Positions 48,691 to 59,672 of a DNA stretch of 59,672 bases are shown here, one piece after another. Every line of letters begins with the position of its first letter. Position 1 is the stretch's first letter. Source of the DNA: Chiloscyllium plagiosum (Eukaryota); the NCBI RefSeq assembly GCF_004010195.1, contig NC_057720.1:24302-83973 (forward strand), given 5' to 3'. A program made the translations under genes and the position numbers. The notes beneath the pieces are model-generated. The model saw only the letters and a program-made list of their open reading frames with translations. It made no database searches and was not told where the DNA came from.

Positions 48691-49603
48691 AGAGATCTTG
48701 GTGTTCATGTGCAAAGATCCTTGAAAGTTGCCACCCAGTTTGATAGGGTTGTTAAGCAGGCATACAGGTAAAGGGATTGAGTTTCAGAGTCATGAGGTCC
48801 TCCTACAGCTGTACAAAACTCTGGTGCAGCCACACTTGGAGTATCGCGTACAGTTCTGGTCACCGCATTATAGGAAGGATGTGGAAGCTTTGGAAAGAGT
48901 TCAGAGGAAATTTATCAGGATGTTGCCTGGTCTGGAGGGAAGGTCTTATGAGGAAAGGCTGAGGTACTTGAAGCTGTTTCATTAGAAAGAAGAAGGTTGA
49001 GAGGTGACTTAATTGAGACATATTGTGACCAAACTGGTAGATGAGAGTAAACCGATTGATGTGGTATATATGGATTTCAGCAAGGCATTCGATAAGGTGT
49101 TTTCCCCGGGGTAGGGAAGAACAAAACTGGAGGATATAGGTTTAAGGTGAGAGGGGTAAGATTTAAAAGAGTCCTAAGGAGCAACTTTTTCTCGCAGAGG
49201 GTGGTGTGTGTATGGGATCAGTTGCCAGAGGAAGTGGTGGAACAGTTACAGTTACAACATTCAAAAGACATCTCCATGTGAATATGAATAGGAAGGGTTT
49301 GGAGAGATCTGGGCAAAATGCTGGAAAATGGGACTAAATGGATTTAGGTTATCTCGCTGAACCAAAGGGTCTGTTTCTGTATTGCACATCTCTATGTCCA
49401 CATGACTTTCTGATCTTTACTCAATTGTGATACCATTACATTTGATTCAAACTTTTCTCCCTCAAACTGCAGGGTGAACTCTATCATATTGTGGCCTCTG
49501 CCTCACTTTGGAGTTAATTCTCCTTAAGCTCCCTCATCAAATCTGTCTTATAACACATCACTACATCCAACATTGCCTGTTCCCTACTGGAGTCTACCAC
49601 AGG
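48690..49603 (+). mobile_element. CR1 3' fragments (plus strand to about 49405, then a minus-strand APE piece)
   Basis: LEYRVQFWSP and NFFSQRVV motifs. Confidence 0.8.
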
Positions 49604-50525
49604 CTAGTTGGTGCTCATGTATCCTGGTAGCTAGTTTCCTGCTCGTTTGTCCAATGTAATATTAGACAACCAATGAAAAGCTCATGGAGAGCTGCAGACA
49701 AGTATCCACAGGAAAGCCACAGAGACTCACCAGATACTCAACTATAGGAGCAATTATCCCAACACCCAAAAATGAGCTGCATCAGGACATTATTTAAATG
49801 AGCCACAACATACTGCAGCACCCAGAAACTGTGAGGAGCCAAGGAAAAACACCTGCATAACGTATTCAGGAACAATGGGTACCCGATAAGCGCAATCCGC
49901 CGATTCCTACACAACAGACCTAAACAAGAAGACACAACATGCCCAGAGACTCTAGCCACTCAGCCATACATTAAAGACATCTTGGAGATGATGACCAGAC
50001 TAATCTGGCCCCTATGCATCATGATAGCCCACAAATCGATTACCACATTGAAACAACTCCTGATGAATTTAAAGGACGTTGTACCAACAACCAGCAGAAC
50101 GAACGCCATTTACAAAATACCCCACAAGGACTGCAACAAAAATTACATTGGACAGGAAACTAGCCACCAGAATACATGAACACCAACTAGCTCGACTGGG
50201 ACAATACATCCTTCCTTGGACAGCTAAACAGAGACATACATGGGAAATCCTAGAGGCCTGGCATTCAAACCGGAACTCCATTAATAAACATATACATTTT
50301 CATTTACCAACCTCTCAGAAACAGAGCCGGAAGTGATATCACCTACCACAATAGACCAAGGCACATACATAGTGAGTGGGACTGAACACCATCGCTCCAT
50401 CGGAGGCTCGCTGATAATGATACCTAGCATGGTGATGAAACATCTGAGAACAAATCGACCAGCTCAGCGAGCAAACTTACAACCAGATCCACAACCTCAG
50501 GTACAGATCTTCTCTAAAATCACAA
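49604..50525 (+). mobile_element. PLE family B fragment with a short inverted 5' segment
   Basis: HRKATETHQILNY and TNAIYKIPHKDCNKNYIGQ motifs; degenerate hammerhead at 50411-50444. Confidence 0.82.
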
Positions 50526-50529
50526 ACTT

Positions 50530-50995
50530 ATCAGTTATTCCAATTCTTCTTCTCATTCCTCAGAGCCCAGCAAACATTTTCCTTTCAATTCCTGTGTGAA
50601 AGTTCTGCCTGAATCTGTCCCCACCACCCTTTGAGGCAGCACCTTCCAGATCCCAACAACTCACTGTGTAAAACAATCCCCCTCACTTTCCCCTCTGGGG
50701 CTTTTCCCCGATTCCCTTCAATCTGTCTCCCTCTGCTCCCTCACCCTCCTGCCCCTGGAAACACTTTCTCCTGATTTACTCCATCAAACTCTCTCCATGA
50801 TTTTGAACACCTCGGTTAAATCTCCCGGAACCTTCCCTGCTCTAAGGAGAACAATCCCAGCTTCTCCAGTCTCTCCACATTCACTGAAGTCCCTCATCCC
50901 TGCTCCCATTCCAGTCAATCACCTCAGCTCCCTCTCCAAGATCCTGACATCCTTCCAAAAGATTGGGATCCAGTATTGGACACAATCTTGCCAGC
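50530..50995 (-). mobile_element. CR1-group LINE 3' part
   Basis: Minus strand reads DCVQYWIP, GDLTEVFKIM and FTQ.VVGIW. Confidence 0.7.
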
Positions 50996-51684
50996 AAGGT
51001 GTATAAAACTTTGCGGTAACATTTGTACATTCACTGTTTATTTCATAATGAAAGCCACCAAGGCTGGAATGTTGTCCTATTTCCATGTCTGAGCATCAGA
51101 TATTCTGATTAATCAGAATATCTGAGGGTTTAAGCCCATAACTTATTTATATATTTGTACACTGGCTCTTGGTGAATCCTCACTTATTATCTGACCTATA
51201 AGGATGTATCTTTATATTTTTCTCTATTTGTGATTTTAGACAGAAATGAGAAAAGGACTCTAAGTACTTATCATCAACTTGAGCTACAAATCTTCTCAAA
51301 AATCGCTAAGAAAAGGACTGTTTTAAAAACCGAGAATTATGGAAGGAATGTGAAATGTTTAAAGACAAGCAACCTGACACGTGTTCTATGTGCAGTTTAC
51401 ATCATCTGTTTAAACGGTGGAGACGTTTATTTGCAGATGAGCTGGCATCAGGGAATATGTACAAAATGAGATTCGGCTGGCAGCTATTCACTGATTGGTC
51501 TGTGGAGCAGTGACCAGTTATCAATGACAAAGACCTCTTGCTGAACATCAATTATGTGATAGGCTGAAGCGCTTGTGGGTATGAACATGATAGACAGAAG
51601 CCATTGGAACTCTGGAGACGGAACCACATCTGGATGCTGTGGGCAGCTTCCATCTCTGTATCTGAGAGGATCTGTTTGCCATAG

Positions 51685-52125
51685 AGGGACTGCATTGGAG
51701 GTTCATTCAGCTGATACTGGGGATGGTAGAACTGTCCTGTGATGAGAGGTTGCTTCAACCAGGTGTATATTCATTTGAATTTCAAAAGGTGAGAGGGGAA
51801 TCTGATTGAAACCTACAAAATTCTAATAGGACTGGACAGACTAGATGCAGGGAAGATGTTTTCCTTGGTTGTGGAGTCTAGAACCAGGGAACACATTGTC
51901 TTTAGATGAGGAGATATTTCTTCTTGAGGCTGGTAAACATGTGAAATTCTCTCCCAAAGCCAGGCCACATAATATTCAAGGAAAGAATAAATAAACTTTT
52001 AGTTTTCAGAGAGATCAAAGAGTGTGGGTAGAAAGCAGGAACATGTCATTGAGATAAAGAATCAGTTACAAGCATATGGAATGGTGGTGGCACAGACTTA
52101 AAGGGACGAATGGCCTATCCCTAAT
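51685..52125 (+). mobile_element. Old CR1 3' end
   Basis: NLIETYKILIGLDRLDAGKMF motif. Confidence 0.75.
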
Positions 52126-52570
52126 TCCTCAGCCTTGTGGCTGTAACTCACAAATTTAAATGTATTACCTTCACTCTGTTCACAATCTCATGAAGCATTT
52201 CTTTGTGAAGTGAAACTAAATGGAGTCAAATGATACTAAAGTATTAAAATCTACATTGGTTACAGTGAAGCAGAATAACATATTATAAATATTAGTTGAC
52301 TGAAGAATTGGACTTTGATTGTGTGATTATAACTGAACTAAGTCAATCATTTAAGGTTCGTTTCTCTACTAATCCTAAATTTGACCCATCTCTTGTCCTC
52401 CTGTAATAACACTACACCAAACGTGACATTGCTGACATTAGCAGTCAGTTGAAATGGCTTAGTAGAACCTGGTAATTGCTGAAACCAGTGCAATAGTCAG
52501 CACAGCTTTCAAGTTGTCAATGGCACTCTGACATTTCTCTGTCAATTCAATTTTCTTTCCTTTCTTGAAG

Positions 52571-52675
52571 AAGCTAGTCAAAAGTTCTGACAGCTGGAAC
52601 AAACTTCCAATAAAATACACTCAGGCTAATATGCTGCAAACGCTTCATGATGTCTCAGGCACAGCAGAACTGAAG
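52571..52675 (+). other. Candidate spliced exon (105 nt, phase 0-0 open)
   Basis: ttttctttcctttcttgaAG| ... AAG|GTAACC; reads KLVKSSDSWNKLPIKYTQANMLQTLHDVSGTAELK; the other two frames are closed. Confidence 0.4.
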
Positions 52676-52987
52676 GTAACCCTTGTTTTCACTTCTTTAT
52701 GTGTTATTAACCTTGTTGCACAGCATGATCCAAATAAATTAATTTTGATTTAATAAATTCATTTCCGATCCAATTGACTCTTTGTAAGCAATCAAATAAT
52801 GTATTTAGTGTTTGAAGTGTTTCTCTCAAGTTTGACTTGAACACAACTAAATTATCGATATATATGTCACAGTTCTCTAATCCTTCATAAACTTGGTTGA
52901 AAGATTGTCAAAGAATTTTAATTCTATCATAAAGAAGGCCCAATTACAGTCATCATGGGGGTGTCAATATGCAGATGGACTGGGAAA

Positions 52988-53203
52988 GTCAGATTCTGGA
53001 GTAGTGGTGCTGGAAGAGCACAGCAGTTCAGGCCGCATCCAAGGAGCGGTGAAATCGCCGTTTTGGGCAAAAGCCCTTCATCAGGAATAAAGGCAGAGAA
53101 CCTGAAGCGTGGAGAGATAAGCTGGAGGAGGGTGGGGGTGGGGAGAAAGTAGCATAGAGTACAACAGGTGAGTGGGGGAGGGGATGAAGGTGATAGGTCA
53201 GAG
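52988..53203 (-). mobile_element. PLE family A pseudo-LTR running into a gap
   Basis: Reverse complement of 1-190; degenerate hammerhead at 53057-53084. Confidence 0.85.
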
Positions 53204-53458
53204 NNNNNNNNNNNNNNNNNNNNNNNNNNNNNNNNNNNNNNNNNNNNNNNNNNNNNNNNNNNNNNNNNNNNNNNNNNNNNNNNNNNNNNNNNNNNNNNNN
53301 NNNNNNNNNNNNNNNNNNNNNNNNNNNNNNNNNNNNNNNNNNNNNNNNNNNNNNNNNNNNNNNNNNNNNNNNNNNNNNNNNNNNNNNNNNNNNNNNNNNN
53401 NNNNNNNNNNNNNNNNNNNNNNNNNNNNNNNNNNNNNNNNNNNNNNNNNNNNNNNNNN
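53204..53458. other. Assembly gap (N run)
   Basis: Run of N. Confidence 1.
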
Positions 53459-54127
53459 TCCTTTAAATTCATCAGGAGTTGTTTCAATGTGGTAATCGAT
53501 TTGTGGGCTATCATGATGCATAGGGGCCAGATTAGTCTGGTCATCATCTCCAAGATGTCTTTAATGTATGGCTGAGTGGCTAGAGTCTCTGGGCATGTTG
53601 TGTCTTCTTGTTTAGGTCTGTTGTGTAGGAATTGGCGGATTGCGATTATCGGGTACCCATTGTTCCTGAATACGTTATACAGGTGTTTTTCCTTGGCTCC
53701 TCACAGTTTCTGGGTGCTGCAGTAGGTTGTGGCTCATTTAAATAATGTCCTGATGCAGCTCATTTTTGGGTGTTGGGATAATTGCTCCTATAGTTGAGTA
53801 TCTGGTCAGTCTCTGTGGCTTTCCTGTGGACACTTGTCTGCAGCTCTCCATGAGTTTTTCATTGGTTGTCTAATATTACATTGGACAAACGAGCAGGAAA
53901 CTATCCACCAGGATACATGAGCACCAACTAGCTACCAAAAGACATGACCAACTATCACTAGTATCCATACACGCAGACAAAGAGGGACACCAATTCGATT
54001 GGGAGAATACATCCATCCTAGGGCAGGCTAAAGAAAAACACGCATAGGAATTCCTGGAGGCCTGGCATTCAAACTAGAACTCTATCAATAAACACATTGA
54101 TTTGGACTTCATTTACCATCCTCTCAG
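53459..54127 (-). mobile_element. PLE family B fragment: minus-strand to about 53870, then a plus-strand GIY-YIG part
   Basis: 53459-53932 is a near-identical reverse complement of 49604-50075. Confidence 0.85.
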
Positions 54128-56225
54128 CAGTTCCTCCTCATCTCAGTTCGAAATCTACTCCCTCTAATTCTTCTAAGTTCTAGCGAGTACAGTCCCAGGC
54201 AGCTCAACCTCTCCTGATAGGGTAACCCCCTCATCTCTGGAATCAACTTGGTGAACCTCCTCTGCACCACCTCAAGTATCCTCCCTCAGATAAAGAGACC
54301 AGAACTGTGCACAATATTCCAGGTGCAGCCTCACCGACACTTTGGACAATTGCAGCAGAACCTCCCCCCGCCCTTAAATTCAATACCTACAGCAATGAAA
54401 GCCAATATTCCATTTGCCCTCCTGATTACCTGTTGCACCTGCAAATCAACTTTTAGTGATTAATGTATGAGTACTCCTAAATCCCTCTGCACAACAACAT
54501 ACTGCAATCCTTCACCACTTAAATAATAATCTGACCTACTATTTTTATTTCCAAAGTGGATAACCTCACATTTAGCATCATTGTACTCCATCTGCCAGAC
54601 CCTTGCCCCACTCACTTAACCTGTCTAAATCTCTCTACAGACCCTCCACACCCTCTGCACTCAACTTAGTGTCATCAGCAAACTTGGGTAGGTTACACTC
54701 GGTCTCCTCCTCCAACTCGTTAATATATATGAATGGCACCACGGCTCAGTGGTTAGCACAACTGCCTCACAGCCTCGGGCAACTGTCTGTGTGGAGTTTG
54801 CACATTCTCCCGTGTCTGTGTGGATTTCCCCTGGGTGCTCCGGTTTCCTCCTACAATCCAAAGATGTGTAGGTCAGGTGAATTGGCCATGCTAAATTGTC
54901 TATAGTGTTCAGGAATGTGTGGGTGAGATGCATTAGTCAGGGGTAAATGCAGAGTAATAGGATAGGGGAATGGGTCTGGGTAGGTTACTCTTCGGAGGGC
55001 TGCAGTGGACTTGTTGTGCCAAGTGGCCTGTTTCCACATTGTAGAGATTCCATGATTCTATATCATGAATAGTTGTGGGCACAACACTGACCCCTGCAGC
55101 ACCCCGCTCACCACTGATCTCCAACCAGAGAAACACCTATTTATCCCAATCATCTGCTTTCTATCGATTAACCAGTCCTCTATCCATGCAAGTATATTCC
55201 CCACAACCCCATGCATTCTTGTCTTATGGATGAGTCTTTTATGTGGCGCCTTATCGTATGCCTTCTGGAAAATCAAGTATACAACATCCACCTGTTCCCC
55301 TCCATCCACTGCGCTTGTTACATCCTCAAAGAACTCCAGTAAGATTGTCAAACACAACCCTTCCTGAATCCATGCTGTGTTTGCCTGATGGAACACTTTC
55401 CATTCAGATGTCTCACTAATTCTTCTTTAATGATAGCCTCCAGCATTTTCCCGACCACAGATGTTAAGCTAACTAGCTTATTTTAAATAGCAGCGTGACA
55501 TTCACTGTCTTCCAGTCTGCTGGGACCTGCCAGAGTCCAGTGAATTTTAATAAATTACCACTAATGCATCTACTATAACTTCCACCATTTCTTTCAGCAC
55601 CCTGGGATGCATTCTATCAGGAATAGGAGACTTATCTATCTTTGGATCTTCAAGTTTGCTCAACGCTACCTTTTCAGTGATAACAATTGAATTGATGTCC
55701 TCTCCTCCCATTGTATCCTTAACATCATTCTTTGGCATGTTAGATACATCTTCCACTGTGAAGACTGACACAAAACAGTCATTCAAGGCTTCGGCCATTT
55801 CAGCATTACCCAATATTAATTCCCTTTTCTCATTCTGCAACTTTAATCACGTTTTTCCATTTTATATATTTATAAAAAGTTTTCCTACCTGTTTTTATAT
55901 TCTGTGAGAGTTTACAGTCATAATCTATCTTTCATTTCTTTATTACTTGCTTCGTGGTTCTTTGTTGCTTTTTAAAGTTTTCTCAATCTTCCTATTTCCC
56001 GCCACTCTTGGCTACTTTGTAAGCCTGAGCTTTTAATTGGATGCCTCCCTTGGTTATCCAAGGCTGGCTGTCCTTGTTTTTGACAGGAACATACTTTCCT
56101 TGAGCACAGTCACAAATCTCTTTGAAAATCCTCAACTGTTGCACCATGTAATTTGTGTTCCAGTCTATTTTAACCAACTCCTTCCTCCTCCCATTATTGT
56201 TTCCCTTGTTTAAGCCTAACACCTG
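54128..56225 (-). mobile_element. CR1 ORF2 fragment with an HE1 insertion
   Basis: CLTILLEFFEDV, LNDCFVSVFT and SQPWIT motifs. Confidence 0.85.
54735..55060 (+). mobile_element. HE1-like SINE (B box deleted)
   Basis: ggcaccacggctcagtggttagcac head, V-domain-like core and 3' tail. Confidence 0.85.
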
Positions 56226-56355
56226 ACACATTACCTCTACTGATTTGATTTGGCCAATCAATGTGCATTTTCTTCAGTTTAATTCTCGAGAACCAATGAG
56301 TTTCTAACTAGTTTCCATACTTTCTTACCTAATCTCTACAATCATTGCTGTTCAG

Positions 56356-56441
56356 ATTTCTGAGCTATTTCAGGTGAATTCCGACAATTGTTCCATTACA
56401 TTACAGCCAGAAGCTCACAGCTTCAGTAAGACAGCAAACAG
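56356..56441 (+). other. Weak candidate exon (86 nt)
   Basis: ttgctgttcAG| ... CAG|GTAGGA; phase-0 frame open (ISELFQVNSDNCSITLQPEAHSFSKTAN). Confidence 0.25.
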
Positions 56442-56782
56442 GTAGGAACTGATTGGAAAATGCTATCTCAAAGCTAGAGATCGCTCTAGAAAGTGATTTT
56501 GATGAAATTTAGATGCATCATTCATATTCTGTAAGTGCCCTGTTGAGCTACAGGGTTTGGTCTTGAGTGCTGTTTGCTTTTGTTTGTGTAAATAAACTGT
56601 GAATCTTACTGAGAATTTTGCTCCAATTTCACCTCATTGCTGACACAGTGTTGCTGAAACTGATATGATCTTTGCAGAGACAAATAACTTTAAAAAATAA
56701 ATGCATTTCCTGACAGCAAACAGAAAGAAATAAACAATGCAATTTCACATTTTAGATGTGTACTGTAGCAAATAAATGAAAA

Positions 56783-57314
56783 TAATTCATTCATGGAACG
56801 TGGACATTGCTGGCTAAGTCAACATTTATTGTCTGTACATGTCACCCTTGAGAAGGTGGGGGTGAGCTGCCTTCTTGAACCACTGCAGTCCATGTGCTGT
56901 GGGTTGACCCACAATGCCCTTAGGTAGAGAATTCCAGGACTTTGACCCAGTGACACTGAAGAAACGGGGATATATTTCCAAGTCAGGATGGTGAGTGGTT
57001 TGGATAGGAACTTGCAATGGGTGGTGTTACCATATAACTGCTGCCCTTGTCCTTCTAGATGGAAGCAGTTGTGGATTTGGAAGGTGCTCTCTAAGGAGCT
57101 TTGGTGAATTTCTGCAGTACATCTTGTCAATAGTACACACTGCTGCTCCTGAGTGTCGGTGATGAAGAGAATGGATGCTTGTGGATGTGATGTCAATCAA
57201 GCAGCTGCTTTGTCCTGGATGGTGTCAAGCTTCTTGAGTGTTGTTAGAGCTGCACCCATCCAGGCAAGTGGGGAGGATTACATCACACTCCTGACTTGTG
57301 CCTTGTAGATAGTG
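56783..57314 (-). mobile_element. LINE family B 3' end
   Basis: Minus strand reads FFSVTGSKSWNSLP...LQWFKKAAHPHLL, then AATAAA and a (atga)n-like tail. Confidence 0.78.
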
Positions 57315-58616
57315 AGGTAAAAACAATGACTGCAAATGCTGGAAACCAGATTCTGGATCAGTGTTGCTGGAAGAGCACAGCAGTTCAGGCGGCATCCCAG
57401 GAGCAGCAAAATCGCCATTTTGGGCAAAAGCCCTTAATCAGAAATAAAGGCAGAGAGCCTGAAGTGTGGAGAGATAAGCTAGAGGAGGGTGAGGGTGGGG
57501 AGAAAGTAGCATAGNNNNNNNNNNNNNNNNNNNNNNNNNNNNNNNNNNNNNNNNNNNNNNNNNNNNNNNNNNNNNNNNNNNNNNNNNNNNNNNNNNNNNN
57601 NNNNNNNNNNNNNNNNNNNNNNNNNNNNNNNNNNNNNNNNNNNNNNNNNNNNNNNNNNNNNNNNNNNNNNNNNNNNNNNNNNNNNNNNNNNNNNNNNNNN
57701 NNNNNNNNNNNNNNNNNNNNNNNNNNNNNNNNNNNNNNNNNNNNNNNNNNNNNNNNNNNNNNNNNNNNNNNNNNNNNNNNNNNNNNNNNNNNNNNNNNNN
57801 NNNNNNNNNNNNNNNNNNNNNNNNNNNNNNNNNNNNNNNNNNNNNNNNNNNNNNNNNNNNNNNNNNNNNNNNNNNNNNNNNNNNNNNNNNNNNNNNNNNN
57901 NNNNNNNNNNNNNNNNNNNNNNNNNNNNNNNNNNNNNNNNNNNNNNNNNNNNNNNNNNNNNNNNNNNNNNNNNNNNNNNNNNNNNNNNNNNNNNNNNNNN
58001 NNNNNNNNNNNNNNNNNNNNNNNNNNNNNNNNNNNNNNNNNNNNNNNNNNNNNNNNNNNNNNNNNNNNNNNNNNNNNNNNNNNNNNNNNNNNNNNNNNNN
58101 NNNNNNNNNNNNNNNNNNNNNNNNNNNNNNNNNNNNNNNNNNNNNNNNNNNNNNNNNNNNNNNNNNNNNNNNNNNNNNNNNNNNNNNNNNNNNNNNNNNN
58201 NNNNNNNNNNNNNNNNNNNNNNNNNNNNNNNNNNNNNNNNNNNNNNNNNNNNNNNNNNNNNNNNNNNNNNNNNNNNNNNNNNNNNNNNNNNNNNNNNNNN
58301 NNNNNNNNNNNNNNNNNNNNNNNNNNNNNNNNNNNNNNNNNNNNNNNNNNNNNNNNNNNNNNNNNNNNNNNNNNNNNNNNNNNNNNNNNNNNNNNNNNNN
58401 NNNNNNNNNNNNNNNNNNNNNNNNNNNNNNNNNNNNNNNNNNNNNNNNTGATGAATTGCTCAACCTCCTCGCGGGAGCACGAGGTGGTGCCAATGCAGTC
58501 ATCAATGTAGTGGAGGAAGAGGTGGGGAGTGGTGCCGGTGTAATTACGGAAGATCAACTGCTCTACGTAGCCAACAAAGAGAAATGCATAGCTGAGGCCC
58601 ATACGTTTGCCCATGG
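57315..58616 (-). mobile_element. PLE family A, RT to pseudo-LTR, spanning a gap
   Basis: MGLSYAFLFVGYVEQ...YIDD on the right flank; pseudo-LTR with the recurrent end aggtaaaaacaatgactgc on the left. Confidence 0.85.
57515..58448. other. Assembly gap (N run)
   Basis: Run of N. Confidence 1.
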
Positions 58617-59509
58617 TCTGGAAAGACAGGTTTTGGGGAGTCAGGAGGTACATTACTTGTATTCACAGCCTCTGACCTGATCTTGCTGCCAAGAGGCTAA
58701 ATCCCAGATTGTTTTTTGCCAAGTGAGTTGAGTTATGTGGAGTGATTCTCACAGTAAGGCCCAGCAGATTTTCTTCCTGTGTCTTATTAATGTTATGACA
58801 CAAGGATAACAAGCCAAACCAAATCAGCCTCACTATCACAGATTCACAACACAGCGAAATTAAAACATTCAGTGCTCCTCAAATGTGTTCCATTAATTTT
58901 GACCAGGCTTTAAAATAACAGACTAAGTTCATAACAAACAAAAATTAACAATTTATTATTCACAATTTAACTTTGGCTGAACACAGATGATCAACAAAGC
59001 AATTTCATTAATATCTATGATCTTAGTCCAATTGTCTTTGAATATAAACACCCACTCACATCGATAGACATAGTGAAGAGATCAATTGAAATAAAGCATC
59101 ATAATTTGCCAATTTAATAACAATTTCAACGATGAATCCCAAGTCTTCATGTAATCATTGTATGAAGGGTTGTATTACTCACAGCTAGGACTGTGTATCT
59201 TAGGTGAATCCCAAAGTCAATGGTCAATGTAAAAAGCTTCCACAGACCTCTGGAGGCTTTTACTTAGTTCTTACAGACTGGATTGTTTTTCTCAGAACTT
59301 TCAACAAGTCATTAACTGGAGAATAACTAGAGACAGTAAAACTACACTAATCTAGCCCAGGCCAGCAGCTTCCAAAGCAAAGACTTCCTTTGTCCAAAAC
59401 CCAAACAAAAGCAAGTTCACTTGTTTTGTTTTCTGCTTTTTCTTAATGTTCTCTGTGGTTGACCAGTTCTCCCTTTATTGACAAATCAGCTGCCAAACTT
59501 TGAACACAG

Positions 59510-59672
59510 AAAGACCATAAGACCAGAAGACATAGAAGTGGAAGTAAGGCCATTTGGCCCATCGAGTTCACTCCGCCATTCAATCATAGCTGATGGGCAT
59601 TTCAACTCCACTTACCCACATTCTCCCCGTAGCCCTTAATTCCTTGTGACATCAAGAATTTATCAATTTCTG
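59510..59672 (-). mobile_element. CR1 3' end, truncated by the window edge
   Basis: agaccataagaccagaagacatag tail and typical 3' UTR; resembles the reverse complement of 5850-5999. Confidence 0.75.

Noticed and set aside
56321..56740. Minus-strand splice-like signals (acceptor near 56710, donors near 56608 and 56328)
   Set aside because: Most frames are closed and I could not build a consistent exon chain.
57385..58653. Long ORFs in the track (422 and 355 aa; also 13093-13911 and 52927-53553)
   Set aside because: They are read-through of N gaps, and the flanks are PLE fragments.
1..59672. Prokaryotic-type systems (operons, CRISPR, retrons, defence genes)
   Set aside because: All RT and nuclease motifs belong to eukaryotic non-LTR or Penelope retroelements, and there are no intact gene clusters.

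Overview
Eukaryotic genomic DNA, most likely from a cartilaginous fish (shark). The inference rests on HE1-type V-SINEs together with very abundant CR1/HER1-like LINEs. The window is mostly nested, decayed retrotransposons: many CR1 LINE fragments (SGNH-esterase ORF1 plus APE-RT ORF2), a Rex1/Babar-like LINE, a second apparently single-ORF LINE family with a tRNA-like head, at least three Penelope-like element (PLE) families, eight HE1-like SINEs and a solo LTR. All three assembly gaps border the youngest PLE family. No intact protein-coding gene could be identified. A few unique islands hold splice-site-bounded candidate exons of unknown identity. The most notable non-coding signal is a dense set of about 20 minimal hammerhead-ribozyme motifs in at least four sequence families. 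Many sit in short solo or fold-back insertions with target-site duplications and recurrent breakpoints. All assignments come from reading the sequence and recognising motifs; no database search or folding program was run, and many boundaries are approximate.
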